Below are positions 1 through 8,917 of a stretch of DNA of 64,000 nucleotides, one piece after another. The notes under the pieces were generated by a model. The model was given only the letters and a program-made list of their open reading frames with translations, searched no databases and was not told the origin of the DNA. Source of the DNA: a virus (Duplodnaviria > Caudoviricetes); IMG/VR virus record IMGVR_UViG_3300031994_000071, positions 11,222-75,221 of that record; one strand, written 5' to 3'. Numbering within the stretch: the stretch's first letter is position 1; the number at the start of each line of letters is the position of its first letter. A program made the translations under genes and the position numbers.

Positions 1-2
1 CG

Positions 3-158
3 GCCATCGTGCGCGACAAATACTCTCAGGACCGCGTAGAGGCTATCCTGGCCAACGGCTCCGACACGGAGGCCCACGCGAAGGAACTCCAGGCTTTCCA
101 GGAATGGCGAGCCAAGGCAAAGCGGATTGCTCATGCGGTCATTGATTCTCTGGCTTAA
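3..158 (+). CDS. Partial (5'-truncated) small tail-associated protein
   Basis: Open frame from the window edge (AIVRDKYSQDRVEAILAN...VIDSLA) to TAA at 156-158, 13 nt before the next ATG. Confidence 0.7.
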   Translation, partial: AIVRDKYSQDRVEAILANGSDTEAHAKELQAFQEWRAKAKRIAHAVIDSLA

Positions 159-171
159 AAAACTATTCGGT

Positions 172-1314
172 ATGGCCAACACCGTAAAAGTACAAGGCAG
201 TAAAACCGTAGCAAGAGCGAGGAAAGGTCAAGACGGAAAGGGCATAGTGTCGCAGGTCGATTACTATGGCCTTTCCTCTGCCTCAGGAACTCGCCCTACG
301 TCATGGGTCGCAGGAACTCCTCCGCTTATGACGCAAACTAACAAGTACCTCTGGAAGTACACCAGAACCACCTATTCTGATGGCTCATATACCGACACTA
401 CCCCTGGCATCGTTGGCGTGTTCGGGGATAGCGGGCTTTCCTATCGGTATTCCAAGTGGGAGGAGGGATTTGAATATCGCAACGATAACAACCCTTTTTA
501 CAGGGATGATAACGGGAAGGGTATTGTCGATGTTGTCTTCGCTGATGATATCACAATCTGGGACCCCGCGACAGACCCGAACAACCCTCCGGCAGCCTGG
601 ATTTGTCGGCAGACCCACACGTCCGCATCTGCAAGGCCGCTCCCCGCTCAGGGCGCATCGAACATGTATTGGACGGCAATGAATTCCATGGCCCCAATTT
701 TAACTGCGCTCGTTCTCGCAAGAAAAATAAGGGCTAATGAAATTGATGTTGACTCTCTCACGGCTAAGCACGTGCAGGTGAAAGATAGTGGCGACAATGT
801 TATTGCGGATATGGGTGGTAATGTTAATTATCCACTTATGCTTGGCGGATCAAGTCCGTCTAACGCAAAGTCGTATTTTAATAAAGCAGGCGATCTGTTC
901 TGTAATGGCGGTACTTTTGCAGGAAGATTGAAATTACCATTCGTGGTAATCGTGAATTATCACACTCTTGTTGCAGGCGATGGCACGTCTTTTATTTTGC
1001 AAGGCTCTATGGGAGACGGAGAATTGTATCTCCCAGCGAATGCTTCTTTCAATGGCTGGCTTATCAATGTTTTCGCATGGCCGAGATTGAGCAGAATGGA
1101 TGGTTTGGGCGTTGTTTCAGGACATATTCTATGTCCCAAAAAGGCAACAATTTCAGATAGAATTGCAAACCTTTATTTTGCATCAAGGATTGAAATGGAT
1201 GAAGCGGGAGGCTTTATGCAATTTATTTGCGTAGATAAACAATGGGTGCTTATAAACGAGTCGTTTCATAACGCAACTTATACGCAAAGTTCCAACTCAA
1301 ATCCGGATTGGTAA
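172..1314 (+). CDS. Putative tail fibre / receptor-binding protein
   Basis: ATG 172; N-terminal GQDGKG...YYGLS...YLWKYTRTTYSDG repeat typical of phage tail fibres; lies just upstream of the lysis genes. Confidence 0.65.
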   Translation: MANTVKVQGSKTVARARKGQDGKGIVSQVDYYGLSSASGTRPTSWVAGTPPLMTQTNKYLWKYTRTTYSDGSYTDTTPGIVGVFGDSGLSYRYSKWEEGFEYRNDNNPFYRDDNGKGIVDVVFADDITIWDPATDPNNPPAAWICRQTHTSASARPLPAQGASNMYWTAMNSMAPILTALVLARKIRANEIDVDSLTAKHVQVKDSGDNVIADMGGNVNYPLMLGGSSPSNAKSYFNKAGDLFCNGGTFAGRLKLPFVVIVNYHTLVAGDGTSFILQGSMGDGELYLPANASFNGWLINVFAWPRLSRMDGLGVVSGHILCPKKATISDRIANLYFASRIEMDEAGGFMQFICVDKQWVLINESFHNATYTQSSNSNPDW

Positions 1315-1928
1315 TGTCAGAAAGAGTAAAAATGTACCCCGGAATGGTGCTTAACATAATCGGTTACGATGCCAGGCTACTGCTGTTGACGCTGTGCCTG
1401 GCAACGACCGTTCCGTCATGCAGTGTTTGCAAGCACACGCCGTCCGGCTTGCAGCAGAACATCAAGGACTCGACGGCCATCAACTTCAAGGACAGTCTCA
1501 GGATAAGGGATTCCGTTGCGGTTCGGGATTCCCTTGTCCCTGTCCCAATCCCGGTGGAGCAGTCTGTGTCGAAGTTACCGGCATTCAAGTTCCCTTCCCA
1601 CCTGGAGACGTCCATTGCCGAATCGGATGCCTACGTTGATTCCACGGGCGTATTGCATCATACCCTCAAAAACAAGAGCGACAAGACGCTGAGCGCTCAT
1701 GTTCCGGTGACGGAGCATTTCCAGTCCACGGAGCACACGCAGCAGGGCAGCACGGTACAATCGTCAGAAAAGGCCGAGAAGGAGACCATCACGGTAGAGG
1801 TGGAGCGAGAGTTCACGCTGTGGGAGAAAGTCCGGCTGCGGGCTTTTTGGCCGCTATTGCTGGCGCTTCTCGCATCACTCCTCTGGATATTCCGCAAACC
1901 AATCTTAAAACTCATAAAATTATGGTAA
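1308..1928 (+). CDS. Lipoprotein with C-terminal TM helix, candidate unimolecular spanin (start uncertain)
   Basis: Hydrophobic stretch ending TVPSC (lipobox-like Cys), C-terminal FWPLLLALLASLLWIF, next to the endolysin. Confidence 0.55.
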   Translation: MVMSERVKMYPGMVLNIIGYDARLLLLTLCLATTVPSCSVCKHTPSGLQQNIKDSTAINFKDSLRIRDSVAVRDSLVPVPIPVEQSVSKLPAFKFPSHLETSIAESDAYVDSTGVLHHTLKNKSDKTLSAHVPVTEHFQSTEHTQQGSTVQSSEKAEKETITVEVEREFTLWEKVRLRAFWPLLLALLASLLWIFRKPILKLIKLW

Positions 1929-2218
1929 AGTACAAGTTCTCCAACGACGGCGCCTGCCTTACCATTTACGACAGTTATGCCGTCCCCAAAGCGGACTTCC
2001 AGAAGACGCTCAACCAGATCAAGGCCATCCATGGCCACCAGCCCATCTTCCAGCGGGACGATAACTCCCTCAAGAAAGAGTGGGCCACCCACAATTTCCT
2101 CTACCTTATCGGGTACAAGCGGAGCCAGACCAAGGACACCGACCTGGATATTCCGTGCGACAAGCCCGAATGGCTGTATAAGTTCATCGGCTGGCTCGTC
2201 TGGCCTTTTATCAAGTAG
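1922..2218 (+). CDS. Hypothetical protein (98 aa)
   Basis: ATG overlaps the upstream stop; phage-like codon usage. Confidence 0.75.
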   Translation: MVKYKFSNDGACLTIYDSYAVPKADFQKTLNQIKAIHGHQPIFQRDDNSLKKEWATHNFLYLIGYKRSQTKDTDLDIPCDKPEWLYKFIGWLVWPFIK

Positions 2219-2222
2219 TATC

Positions 2223-2768
2223 ATGAGACCGCAAGACATCGACGCCATCGTAATCCACTGCTCGGCCACTCCGGAAGGAAAGGACTTTCGGGCGGCAGAC
2301 ATTGATATCATGCACAAGGAACGCGGATTCTCCGGAATCGGCTACAACTTTGTCATTGACATTGACGGCACGGTGGAGGTAGGAAGACCGCTTACCCAGA
2401 GCGGTGCCCACTGCAACGAGAAGGGTTTCAGCGGCAAGTCCTACAACCTCCATTCCATCGGCATCTGCTACATCGGCGGGCTTGAGGCCACTACCGACAA
2501 GAAGGGGCAGATTATCGCCAAACTTGACAAGAACGGCAAACCTATCCCGAAGGACACGCGCACTCCGGAGCAGAAAAAGGCCATGGCCGAACTTGTTTAC
2601 AACCTGGTGGAGAAGTACCCGATAACCGACATTCTCGGGCACCGTGACACATCTCCGGACAAGAACCATGACGGGAAGATCACCAAGAACGAATGGGTGA
2701 AGTCCTGTCCATGCTTCGACGTCCGGTCCGAGTTTCCTATTGCCGTCTGTACGGCCAAGAGAAAATGA
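2223..2768 (+). CDS. Endolysin, N-acetylmuramoyl-L-alanine amidase (Amidase_2, T7 lysozyme-like)
   Basis: IVIHCSAT, GYNFVI, GAHC, SIGICYIGG, GHRD, KSCPCFDV Zn-amidase motifs. Confidence 0.95.
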   Translation: MRPQDIDAIVIHCSATPEGKDFRAADIDIMHKERGFSGIGYNFVIDIDGTVEVGRPLTQSGAHCNEKGFSGKSYNLHSIGICYIGGLEATTDKKGQIIAKLDKNGKPIPKDTRTPEQKKAMAELVYNLVEKYPITDILGHRDTSPDKNHDGKITKNEWVKSCPCFDVRSEFPIAVCTAKRK

Positions 2769-2950
2769 GTAAAGTAAAGGTTTCCGCCAAATCAGGGAAG
2801 CGTGGCACGAAAGTTGCAGAAAGCAAAGTTCGTGTCACGCGCTCTGGTAATGGACGGGGCAAGAGGTTGTTCCAGACCACGGCGCAGGTGACGCTCAGGA
2901 CGTCAACAACGAGAAATGGACAACCGAGACCGAAGAGCAGCGGATCTTAA
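2765..2950 (+). CDS. Small very basic hypothetical protein
   Basis: ATGA overlap with the endolysin stop; K/R-rich; contains a sigma54 site, so it may not be expressed as a protein. Confidence 0.5.
   Translation: MSKVKVSAKSGKRGTKVAESKVRVTRSGNGRGKRLFQTTAQVTLRTSTTRNGQPRPKSSGS
2803..2818 (+). promoter_or_regulatory. sigma54-type -24/-12 site
   Basis: TGGCACG-AAAG-TTGCA upstream of 2916. Confidence 0.65.
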
Positions 2951-3317
2951 ATTCCTTGTAAGCACCCTGCGCCGCGTAACGACAGCGGTACAGGTCCTTC
3001 CTTTTGTATATTCGGCAATCAGCATCATTATACTCTCGTGCTACAACCTAATCCCGGAGGATGCACAGTATAATATAGACATGCTGTTTTATATCTCGCC
3101 GGTCACTATTGTCGCATTCCTGTTACTTTCCAAGTTGCTACATCTATGCAAGTGGCATAAAACCGCCTGCATTATACCGGCCATTCCGCAAGTGGTGAGC
3201 CTGGTTGACTATTATATCTACACATTAACGGACCTCGGCGTCAATATCGTGAACATCGTCCTTGTATCCATGACGGTGCTCCTACTCGTTGCCGCCTACA
3301 AAGTATTTTTCAAATGA
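2916..3317 (+). CDS. Membrane protein (3-4 TM), possible holin
   Basis: Several hydrophobic segments, basic C-terminus, near the endolysin. Confidence 0.5.
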   Translation: MDNRDRRAADLKFLVSTLRRVTTAVQVLPFVYSAISIIILSCYNLIPEDAQYNIDMLFYISPVTIVAFLLLSKLLHLCKWHKTACIIPAIPQVVSLVDYYIYTLTDLGVNIVNIVLVSMTVLLLVAAYKVFFK

Positions 3318-3610
3318 TAAACGAAGAAAATGACATCGTACTGGACGTCCTCGACTTCATCCGGGACCAGTACAAGGAGGGCAGATGCACGAAGCGCCAG
3401 ACTGACGTGATTTATGATGCCGCGCTCAACATCGTTGACGCATACGCCACCTCCGACGAACTCGCCAGGCACTTCGGCAAGACCGTGGAAGCCGTGCATG
3501 GCGTCATCAAGCGCAGGATGACCGAAAAGCCCAAGAAGAACATCACCCTTTATTCCTTCCGCGCCTTCCGAAAATGTGTACCTAAGGGATGGCTGCATAA
3601 GAAACAGTAA
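3314..3610 (+). CDS. Hypothetical, possible DNA-binding protein
   Basis: ATGA overlap; helix-turn-helix-like SDELARHFGKTVEAVHGVIKR. Confidence 0.65.
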   Translation: MINEENDIVLDVLDFIRDQYKEGRCTKRQTDVIYDAALNIVDAYATSDELARHFGKTVEAVHGVIKRRMTEKPKKNITLYSFRAFRKCVPKGWLHKKQ

Positions 3611-3703
3611 ATCACCGACATATCTTTATTTCATCCGGCACATTCCGTGTCGGATTTTTGTGCCCAACTTTGCATCGTGTTTAACCTCTAAAACCAATGC
3701 AAA

Positions 3704-4606
3704 ATGGCAGAAGAAAAAACTTATGTCTTTGGTGACGGGAACAACAATGTTCCTCTCGCCTACGCTCTGAACGGCGGCAATGGTAACGGCTTCTTCGGCG
3801 GAAACGGCGGTGCTTGGGGAGGTGGACTTATCGGCTTCATTCTCGGTATTCTCCTTGGGAATAACGGGAATGGCCTTGGTGGTATTCTTGGTGGCGGTAA
3901 CGGCGGCACCCTCGCTGGTGTGACTGGTCGTGAAGCCATCATGAACGCTATCAATGGCACCGATGCCGATGTCCGCTCTCTGGCGGCCACCATGAATGCC
4001 GATGTGAACGAACTCCGTTCCGCTCTCAGCACCATCGCTTCCGGCCTTGCTACCGTCGGCTCCCAGGTTGGCATGTCTGCCCTCCAGGTTGTCAACGCCA
4101 TCCAGGCTGGTAACAGCGGCCTCGCCTCTCAACTGGCGCAGTGTTGCTGCGAAAATCGTCTCCTCACTACCCAGCAGGGTTATGAGGCGCAGATTCGCAC
4201 CTTGGAGCAGACCAATGCGCTCGGCTCCCAGGCCGACCGGAACACCCGTTCCATCACGGACGCCATCAGCGCCCAGACCATCGCCATGAACGACCAGTTC
4301 TGCGCACTCAAGAACCGCGAGTACGAGTCCGAGATTGCCCGTCTCAAGACGGAACTCGCCAACTCCGCACGTGCTGCTGACAAGGCCGAGATTCTTGGCG
4401 GCGTCAACGCTATCGTGGCTCCTCTGGCCGCTCAGGTAGCAGCCATCAAGCAGTCGATGCCTCCGACTGTTGCCGTACCTTATCCTCAGTTGCAGGCTAT
4501 TCCGAGTTTCAACACTCTGGAACTGCTCGCCAATCTGAGCATCGTGCGCAACATCTTCGGTGGCAATACGACCGAGACTCCAACCACAACTCCAGCAACA
4601 GCGTAA
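3704..4606 (+). CDS. Conserved phage protein with Gly-rich N-terminus, CCC motif and coiled coil
   Basis: 300 aa, strong codon bias, LAQCCCENRL motif. Confidence 0.8.
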   Translation: MAEEKTYVFGDGNNNVPLAYALNGGNGNGFFGGNGGAWGGGLIGFILGILLGNNGNGLGGILGGGNGGTLAGVTGREAIMNAINGTDADVRSLAATMNADVNELRSALSTIASGLATVGSQVGMSALQVVNAIQAGNSGLASQLAQCCCENRLLTTQQGYEAQIRTLEQTNALGSQADRNTRSITDAISAQTIAMNDQFCALKNREYESEIARLKTELANSARAADKAEILGGVNAIVAPLAAQVAAIKQSMPPTVAVPYPQLQAIPSFNTLELLANLSIVRNIFGGNTTETPTTTPATA

Positions 4607-4607
4607 T

Positions 4608-5126
4608 ATGTTATCAGGATTGAGACAGGGGGCGCCTATTTATGTCCTCTACAAGAACGAATTGAAGACTGCCATCGGCGAAGTGGTCGCCGTGAGCAAT
4701 CCTGTACCGCAGTATGGTACAACCTACAACGCCGGTATTCTGGCCCAGCCAAAGACCGTCGTGGACGTCCGCGTCCGCATCGGCTCTGAAACGGTTGACT
4801 TCCAGAAGTTACCGGCAGACCAGTCCATCGCTGACTTCGGGCCTAACGGTATCGTAATCAGCGAGACCAGGGACGGTATCTTGGCCGAGATTGACGCTTA
4901 CCAGAAGCGCTCGGAGACCGCCCTGGCCGAGACGCCCAGGCACGAGCAGATTATTGCTGCCTGTAAGAGTATGCGCAGCGAACTGGACCCGGCCATCCGG
5001 AAGGAGGCCGAGCAGACCGCTGAGATAGCAAACCTCAAGAAAGGTATGGCCGACATGCGGGATGACCTTGCAGACATAAAGGCCCTCCTGTCGAAGTCCC
5101 TTAACCGTAAACCAAAGGAGGATTAA
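4608..5126 (+). CDS. Hypothetical protein, C-terminal coiled coil
   Basis: ATG 1 nt after the upstream stop. Confidence 0.8.
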   Translation: MLSGLRQGAPIYVLYKNELKTAIGEVVAVSNPVPQYGTTYNAGILAQPKTVVDVRVRIGSETVDFQKLPADQSIADFGPNGIVISETRDGILAEIDAYQKRSETALAETPRHEQIIAACKSMRSELDPAIRKEAEQTAEIANLKKGMADMRDDLADIKALLSKSLNRKPKED

Positions 5127-5128
5127 CT

Positions 5129-5350
5129 ATGGGTTGGAACATGCTCAAAGAACGCAGCGGAGGTTCGGACGTGTCCGACTTCAAGAAGGCTGCCAAGATG
5201 GCCAAAAAGGGCCTGGAAATCATGTGCGAAATCGCTGCCGACATGGCCGATGAGTACGATGAGTTCAGCGAACGTGACAGCGACTGGGATGATGACGAGC
5301 CTCACGTGAGGGAACGTCGCCGCCGCAGGAGCAACGGACGCTTCATGTAG
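5129..5350 (+). CDS. Hypothetical protein (acidic then Arg-rich C-terminus)
   Basis: Tight operon packing; ends RERRRRRSNGRFM. Confidence 0.75.
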   Translation: MGWNMLKERSGGSDVSDFKKAAKMAKKGLEIMCEIAADMADEYDEFSERDSDWDDDEPHVRERRRRRSNGRFM

Positions 5351-5358
5351 TGGATCGG

Positions 5359-5383
5359 GGGGCGGGGAAACTCGCCCCTTTTT
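5359..5383 (+). terminator. Rho-independent terminator
   Basis: GGGGCGGG-GAAA-CTCGCCCC followed by T5. Confidence 0.8.
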
Positions 5384-5399
5384 AACTTATAAGTTAAGT

Positions 5400-5801
5400 A
5401 TGAACAGACTTGATTATTATGACATAACTCCAGCCGGAATGGACGCATATATGTCTAATTACGGTCGGCACTTCTCGAAGGCGCTCTACGAGTGGGCCGT
5501 ATCCATGATGAAGGACAGGAACGGCGTTAAAGTTCAGGCAATGTCCAAGCAGGAGGTTGACGAGAAGATGAAAGCGGCAAGCGTGACCGTTGAGCGCGAT
5601 ATGGGATACGACGTGCCGTACACCTATATGATGGCCAAGGCCGATTATATGGGGTCTTCTATTGCCGACGAGCAACACCTGGCCAAGTTCGTGAAGGATT
5701 ACCTTGATGACAAGGACGGCTCTGACACCAGGGCTTTTGACGAGTTCTATGCCAAGACGATAGCGCTCGGCATTCCTATCATGTGGGAGGATGTTATTTA
5801 G
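5400..5801 (+). CDS. Conserved hypothetical phage protein
   Basis: 133-aa ORF with AT-rich upstream start region. Confidence 0.8.
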   Translation: MNRLDYYDITPAGMDAYMSNYGRHFSKALYEWAVSMMKDRNGVKVQAMSKQEVDEKMKAASVTVERDMGYDVPYTYMMAKADYMGSSIADEQHLAKFVKDYLDDKDGSDTRAFDEFYAKTIALGIPIMWEDVI

Positions 5802-6195
5802 GAGGATTGAAATACTCCGGTGGGAGGTGATTTTCCTTTTCGATTACGAGGAGATTAACCGTGGGAGTGTTCTACGGCAGTTAGTCAACGCCGGTGCTCC
5901 CGATTCCGTTCTCCATCGCATCTCCGAGAAAATCGAAGACGGAAATATGGACGAGGGTTTTACCTATCCAAACCCGGAACGGCAGATTGCGGTTGTCGGC
6001 GTCGGGCACGCATCCTCCGGACCGGAGTTTCTTTCCTCGTTTTGCCACGAATTAAGGCACCTGACAGACGCAATCGCCTCGGACAAGGGAATTCCCCTCC
6101 GAGGCGAGAAAGTGTCTTATTTGACAGGAGAAATATCGCGGAAGGTGGCAGATGCTGTCTGCGTCTTCTCCTGCCCTTACTGCCGTCATGAGTAG
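5791..6195 (+). CDS. Hypothetical, possible metallopeptidase-like (HELRH)
   Basis: HExxH motif CHELRH; last gene of the plus block. Confidence 0.6.
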   Translation: MLFRRIEILRWEVIFLFDYEEINRGSVLRQLVNAGAPDSVLHRISEKIEDGNMDEGFTYPNPERQIAVVGVGHASSGPEFLSSFCHELRHLTDAIASDKGIPLRGEKVSYLTGEISRKVADAVCVFSCPYCRHE

Positions 6196-6404
6196 TCTTC
6201 CGGCCCGAGCGCTTCGATGTAGATTCGAGCCGTCGGATAACCGGAGATCATCTGGAAGGCTTCAATGGTCTTCTGCTTCGGACAGTTCCTTCCTGATTCG
6301 ATTTTGTAGAGCGCCGTCGGAGTGATTCCGAGCGCCTTGGCCATGGAGCGCTGGGTGATACCCTTGCCCTCCCGGAATTTCTTGAATACGTTTCCTATGT
6401 TCAT
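6186..6404 (-). CDS. XRE-family HTH regulator
   Basis: FREGKGITQRSMAKALGITPTALYKIESGRNCP. Confidence 0.9.
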   Translation of the reverse strand: MNIGNVFKKFREGKGITQRSMAKALGITPTALYKIESGRNCPKQKTIEAFQMISGYPTARIYIEALGPEDYS

Positions 6405-6772
6405 AGACTGTGCTGGATTTTGCAATCGCGCAGGATGTGCTGCAACTCGTGTACGTAGTTGATATCAATCGACACGTTTGTATTGTCCTTCGCATATTCG
6501 ATATGGAAGTACGGAACCTTGGACGGGTATTCGCAGGGCCACCAGGCAATAATCTCCGGCGTGGGGAACTCCATGCCAAGGCCCTCCTCTGAAAGCGGAA
6601 TCGGGGCAACATTCTCGCCGTTGCTCACGTATGGACCTGGCTTGTGCGGCCCGGGGTTAAGAGGCTCGTACATGAGCCGGTCCATCGTGAGACTGACGAT
6701 ACGGGATACGACCATCTTGCCGTAGTACGGAGCAAGAATTAGGTCTCCAAGTTGAAATTCTTCCGGCTTCAT
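6401..6772 (-). CDS. Hypothetical (YopX-like); paralog of 18011-18403
   Basis: Shares P(I)PL and YVHELQ motifs with 18011-18403. Confidence 0.75.
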   Translation of the reverse strand: MKPEEFQLGDLILAPYYGKMVVSRIVSLTMDRLMYEPLNPGPHKPGPYVSNGENVAPIPLSEEGLGMEFPTPEIIAWWPCEYPSKVPYFHIEYAKDNTNVSIDINYVHELQHILRDCKIQHSL

Positions 6773-7071
6773 TACATCATGGCAATTTGCTTGATGACGG
6801 CCTCGACAGCATCCTTCTGGTCACGCATTTTCTTCTTGAGGATGCCGTTTGCGTCATTACGGTGGGCCTGCTTTTCAAACTGCGGCAGAAGGCGCATTAA
6901 GCCCTGGATAATGGCGGGCTTGGAAAGATACTCCACGACCGGCTCTCCTTCCGCGGCCTCGGGCTTCTGGTCATAGGCGGAGCCGACAAACGTGGACGCC
7001 TCATAGGTTCCGGTCAGTTTCACGAAAATCTTGGCCGGTTTCTTCACTTTGGGTTTATCTCCTTGTTCCAT
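6772..7071 (-). CDS. Hypothetical protein
   Basis: Co-oriented, abutting ORF. Confidence 0.7.
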   Translation of the reverse strand: MEQGDKPKVKKPAKIFVKLTGTYEASTFVGSAYDQKPEAAEGEPVVEYLSKPAIIQGLMRLLPQFEKQAHRNDANGILKKKMRDQKDAVEAVIKQIAMM

Positions 7072-7074
7072 AAC

Positions 7075-7503
7075 TTATAGTTTTTTAAGATAGAATCTGC
7101 TCAGCAACTCTTCCGTCACGATGCCCTCACCCTTGAAGGAACGGAGATGCTTGAATATCTCGTTTACGTAGTCCACGTAGGGCGAGATGTCAGCGAAAAG
7201 CAGCGCAAGTCGGGCCATTTCGTTCTCCTGTTCCTGCCAGATCTGCACGTCCTTGTAATTGCGCTTAGATTCGTGCTTGTAGATGTCCTGCGTCAAGTCC
7301 TCATTGAGGATGCAGGCCCTCTTGACGGCTTCCGTCCAACGGTTGAACTTTTGCTTGGTCTCATGGAACATCGGCGTACCCCTTCTCGCCAGGCGCCGTT
7401 CCGCCTCCCGCAGAACCAGGTCCGTAGCCTGCGACATTATGTAGGCCGTATTCGTGAGGATGCCAATGATATCCTCATCCGGCAATTTCTCCTGTTCAGT
7501 CAT
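7075..7503 (-). CDS. Hypothetical protein
   Basis: Start MTEQEK overlaps the upstream stop. Confidence 0.7.
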   Translation of the reverse strand: MTEQEKLPDEDIIGILTNTAYIMSQATDLVLREAERRLARRGTPMFHETKQKFNRWTEAVKRACILNEDLTQDIYKHESKRNYKDVQIWQEQENEMARLALLFADISPYVDYVNEIFKHLRSFKGEGIVTEELLSRFYLKKL

Positions 7504-7741
7504 TCTCAATAAACTTCCAGCGCAGTATCTGCATGTCATCCGGTAGGCCAAGCCAGCCACCTTCCCATATTCCCGCTATCTTCGGAACGTAGATCCACCA
7601 GCGTCCGTCGCAGTCGTACATCAGCACAACGTAGCGGCAAAATTCAAGGCCGGAGACCTCACAAAGGTAGTAAAAATTTCTGGTACTATCGTCCGGTTTC
7701 GGAGGATTGTATTCCTTAAAGTTGTGCCATTGATTATTCAT
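7496..7741 (-). CDS. Hypothetical (DUF551-like)
   Basis: WH...P..., Trp-rich, ends ILRWKFI. Confidence 0.65.
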   Translation of the reverse strand: MNNQWHNFKEYNPPKPDDSTRNFYYLCEVSGLEFCRYVVLMYDCDGRWWIYVPKIAGIWEGGWLGLPDDMQILRWKFIEND

Positions 7742-7922
7742 GTCTCAGTTCTTTATAGTCTCTGTAAATAATTCCGAGGCGGGCGCAACGGAGCATCTTA
7801 TCCTTCGCGCTCAGATACGGGTTATTCTGTTCCACGTCGGCCACAATGCCAAGAGCAACGGCCTCCATGTCAGCCGGGCTTAATGTTGCTTTTGCCCAGG
7901 CGTCTGCTGTTGCTTCAATCAT
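7734..7922 (-). CDS. Hypothetical protein
   Basis: Co-oriented overlapping ORF. Confidence 0.6.
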   Translation of the reverse strand: MIEATADAWAKATLSPADMEAVALGIVADVEQNNPYLSAKDKMLRCARLGIIYRDYKELRHE

Positions 7923-8146
7923 TTTCCCCTCCTATACTCTACTGTAACGAACTCACCGATTCTCAGGTTGTGGCCCGGAAGGTGTAGCGTGTGGATTATC
8001 GAGCCTTCCGGGAAGTTGAAAGACAACTCCACGATGTCATCGTGACACACGTCATACACCATTCCGAGCGCCTTGAAGATGGTCTTATCGTCTTCCGGCG
8101 CGGCCTTCATCTTCTTACGCCCAAAGAAAAATTCCCTGATACTCAT
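7919..8146 (-). CDS. Hypothetical protein
   Basis: ATGA-type overlaps on both sides. Confidence 0.65.
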   Translation of the reverse strand: MSIREFFFGRKKMKAAPEDDKTIFKALGMVYDVCHDDIVELSFNFPEGSIIHTLHLPGHNLRIGEFVTVEYRRGK

Positions 8147-8469
8147 GGCTTCTTGATTCTAAAGATGATATCACATTCTACCGGCTCATCCGTCCATTTG
8201 ACGGCATCGCCAAACATGTCCCGGTGCGGCAATTCCAGTTTGTTGTACGGATTGAAACACCTGCCATGAGGGAACGGGTTCTCACGGGACCACCAAACGT
8301 CGCGGTTACGGGCCGGTTCCTCCCTGAAAAAGTTCTCCTTCTTGTTCCTATCCTTGGCCAGGAAGCCGTGAATCGAGACTTCTACGTATTCTTCTTTCTT
8401 CTCCTTGTGTGAATGAAAGATGCGGGCAACTGTCTCCTCAGCCCATTCCTTAATCTCCTGTTTCGTCAT
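8143..8469 (-). CDS. Hypothetical protein
   Basis: Start MTKQEIKE. Confidence 0.65.
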   Translation of the reverse strand: MTKQEIKEWAEETVARIFHSHKEKKEEYVEVSIHGFLAKDRNKKENFFREEPARNRDVWWSRENPFPHGRCFNPYNKLELPHRDMFGDAVKWTDEPVECDIIFRIKKP

Positions 8470-8707
8470 AAAACGCTTTTCTTGCGTACCAGGCAGCACG
8501 CTCCCGGTACATGTTCGACTTCTTGTTGTAATTGTGCCACGCACGGGCATCGTCTCCGGGGCAGATGCTCCGGTTAACTCCGTAGCGGATCAGAAGGGCC
8601 TCTGCGGCGTAAACTCCAGACAACTCACCCATCTGAAAACAACGGTCCCGGTAATAGCCGGGTTCCTCAATTTTCGCCCTAAGGCGCGTAACGGTCTTCG
8701 GTTTCAT
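8450..8707 (-). CDS. Hypothetical protein
   Basis: Co-oriented overlapping ORF. Confidence 0.6.
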   Translation of the reverse strand: MKPKTVTRLRAKIEEPGYYRDRCFQMGELSGVYAAEALLIRYGVNRSICPGDDARAWHNYNKKSNMYRERAAWYARKAFYDETGD

Positions 8708-8912
8708 CGTCGATAATTTCTACGGTTATTCTTACTCTCTTAAACCGATACTTGTCGAGTTTTGTCGGATCGCCAGGCATGGGCATCTTATTAAACGGGA
8801 GTGTGATATCACGACCGCTCCGCAAGTGAACTTCCGGACCGATTTGTCTGTCCATGTACTGAAACCCTACAATTTGGGCTTCACTCTCTGAAATTATTAG
8901 TCCTTGACTCAT
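8679..8912 (-). CDS. Hypothetical protein
   Basis: Follows the PurA-like gene by 5 nt. Confidence 0.6.
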   Translation of the reverse strand: MSQGLIISESEAQIVGFQYMDRQIGPEVHLRSGRDITLPFNKMPMPGDPTKLDKYRFKRVRITVEIIDDETEDRYAP

Positions 8913-8917
8913 TTTCT

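Noticed and set aside
172-1314. Diversity-generating retroelement target
   Set aside because: No reverse transcriptase, and no TR/VR repeat pair differing at adenines was seen in the window; one could lie outside it
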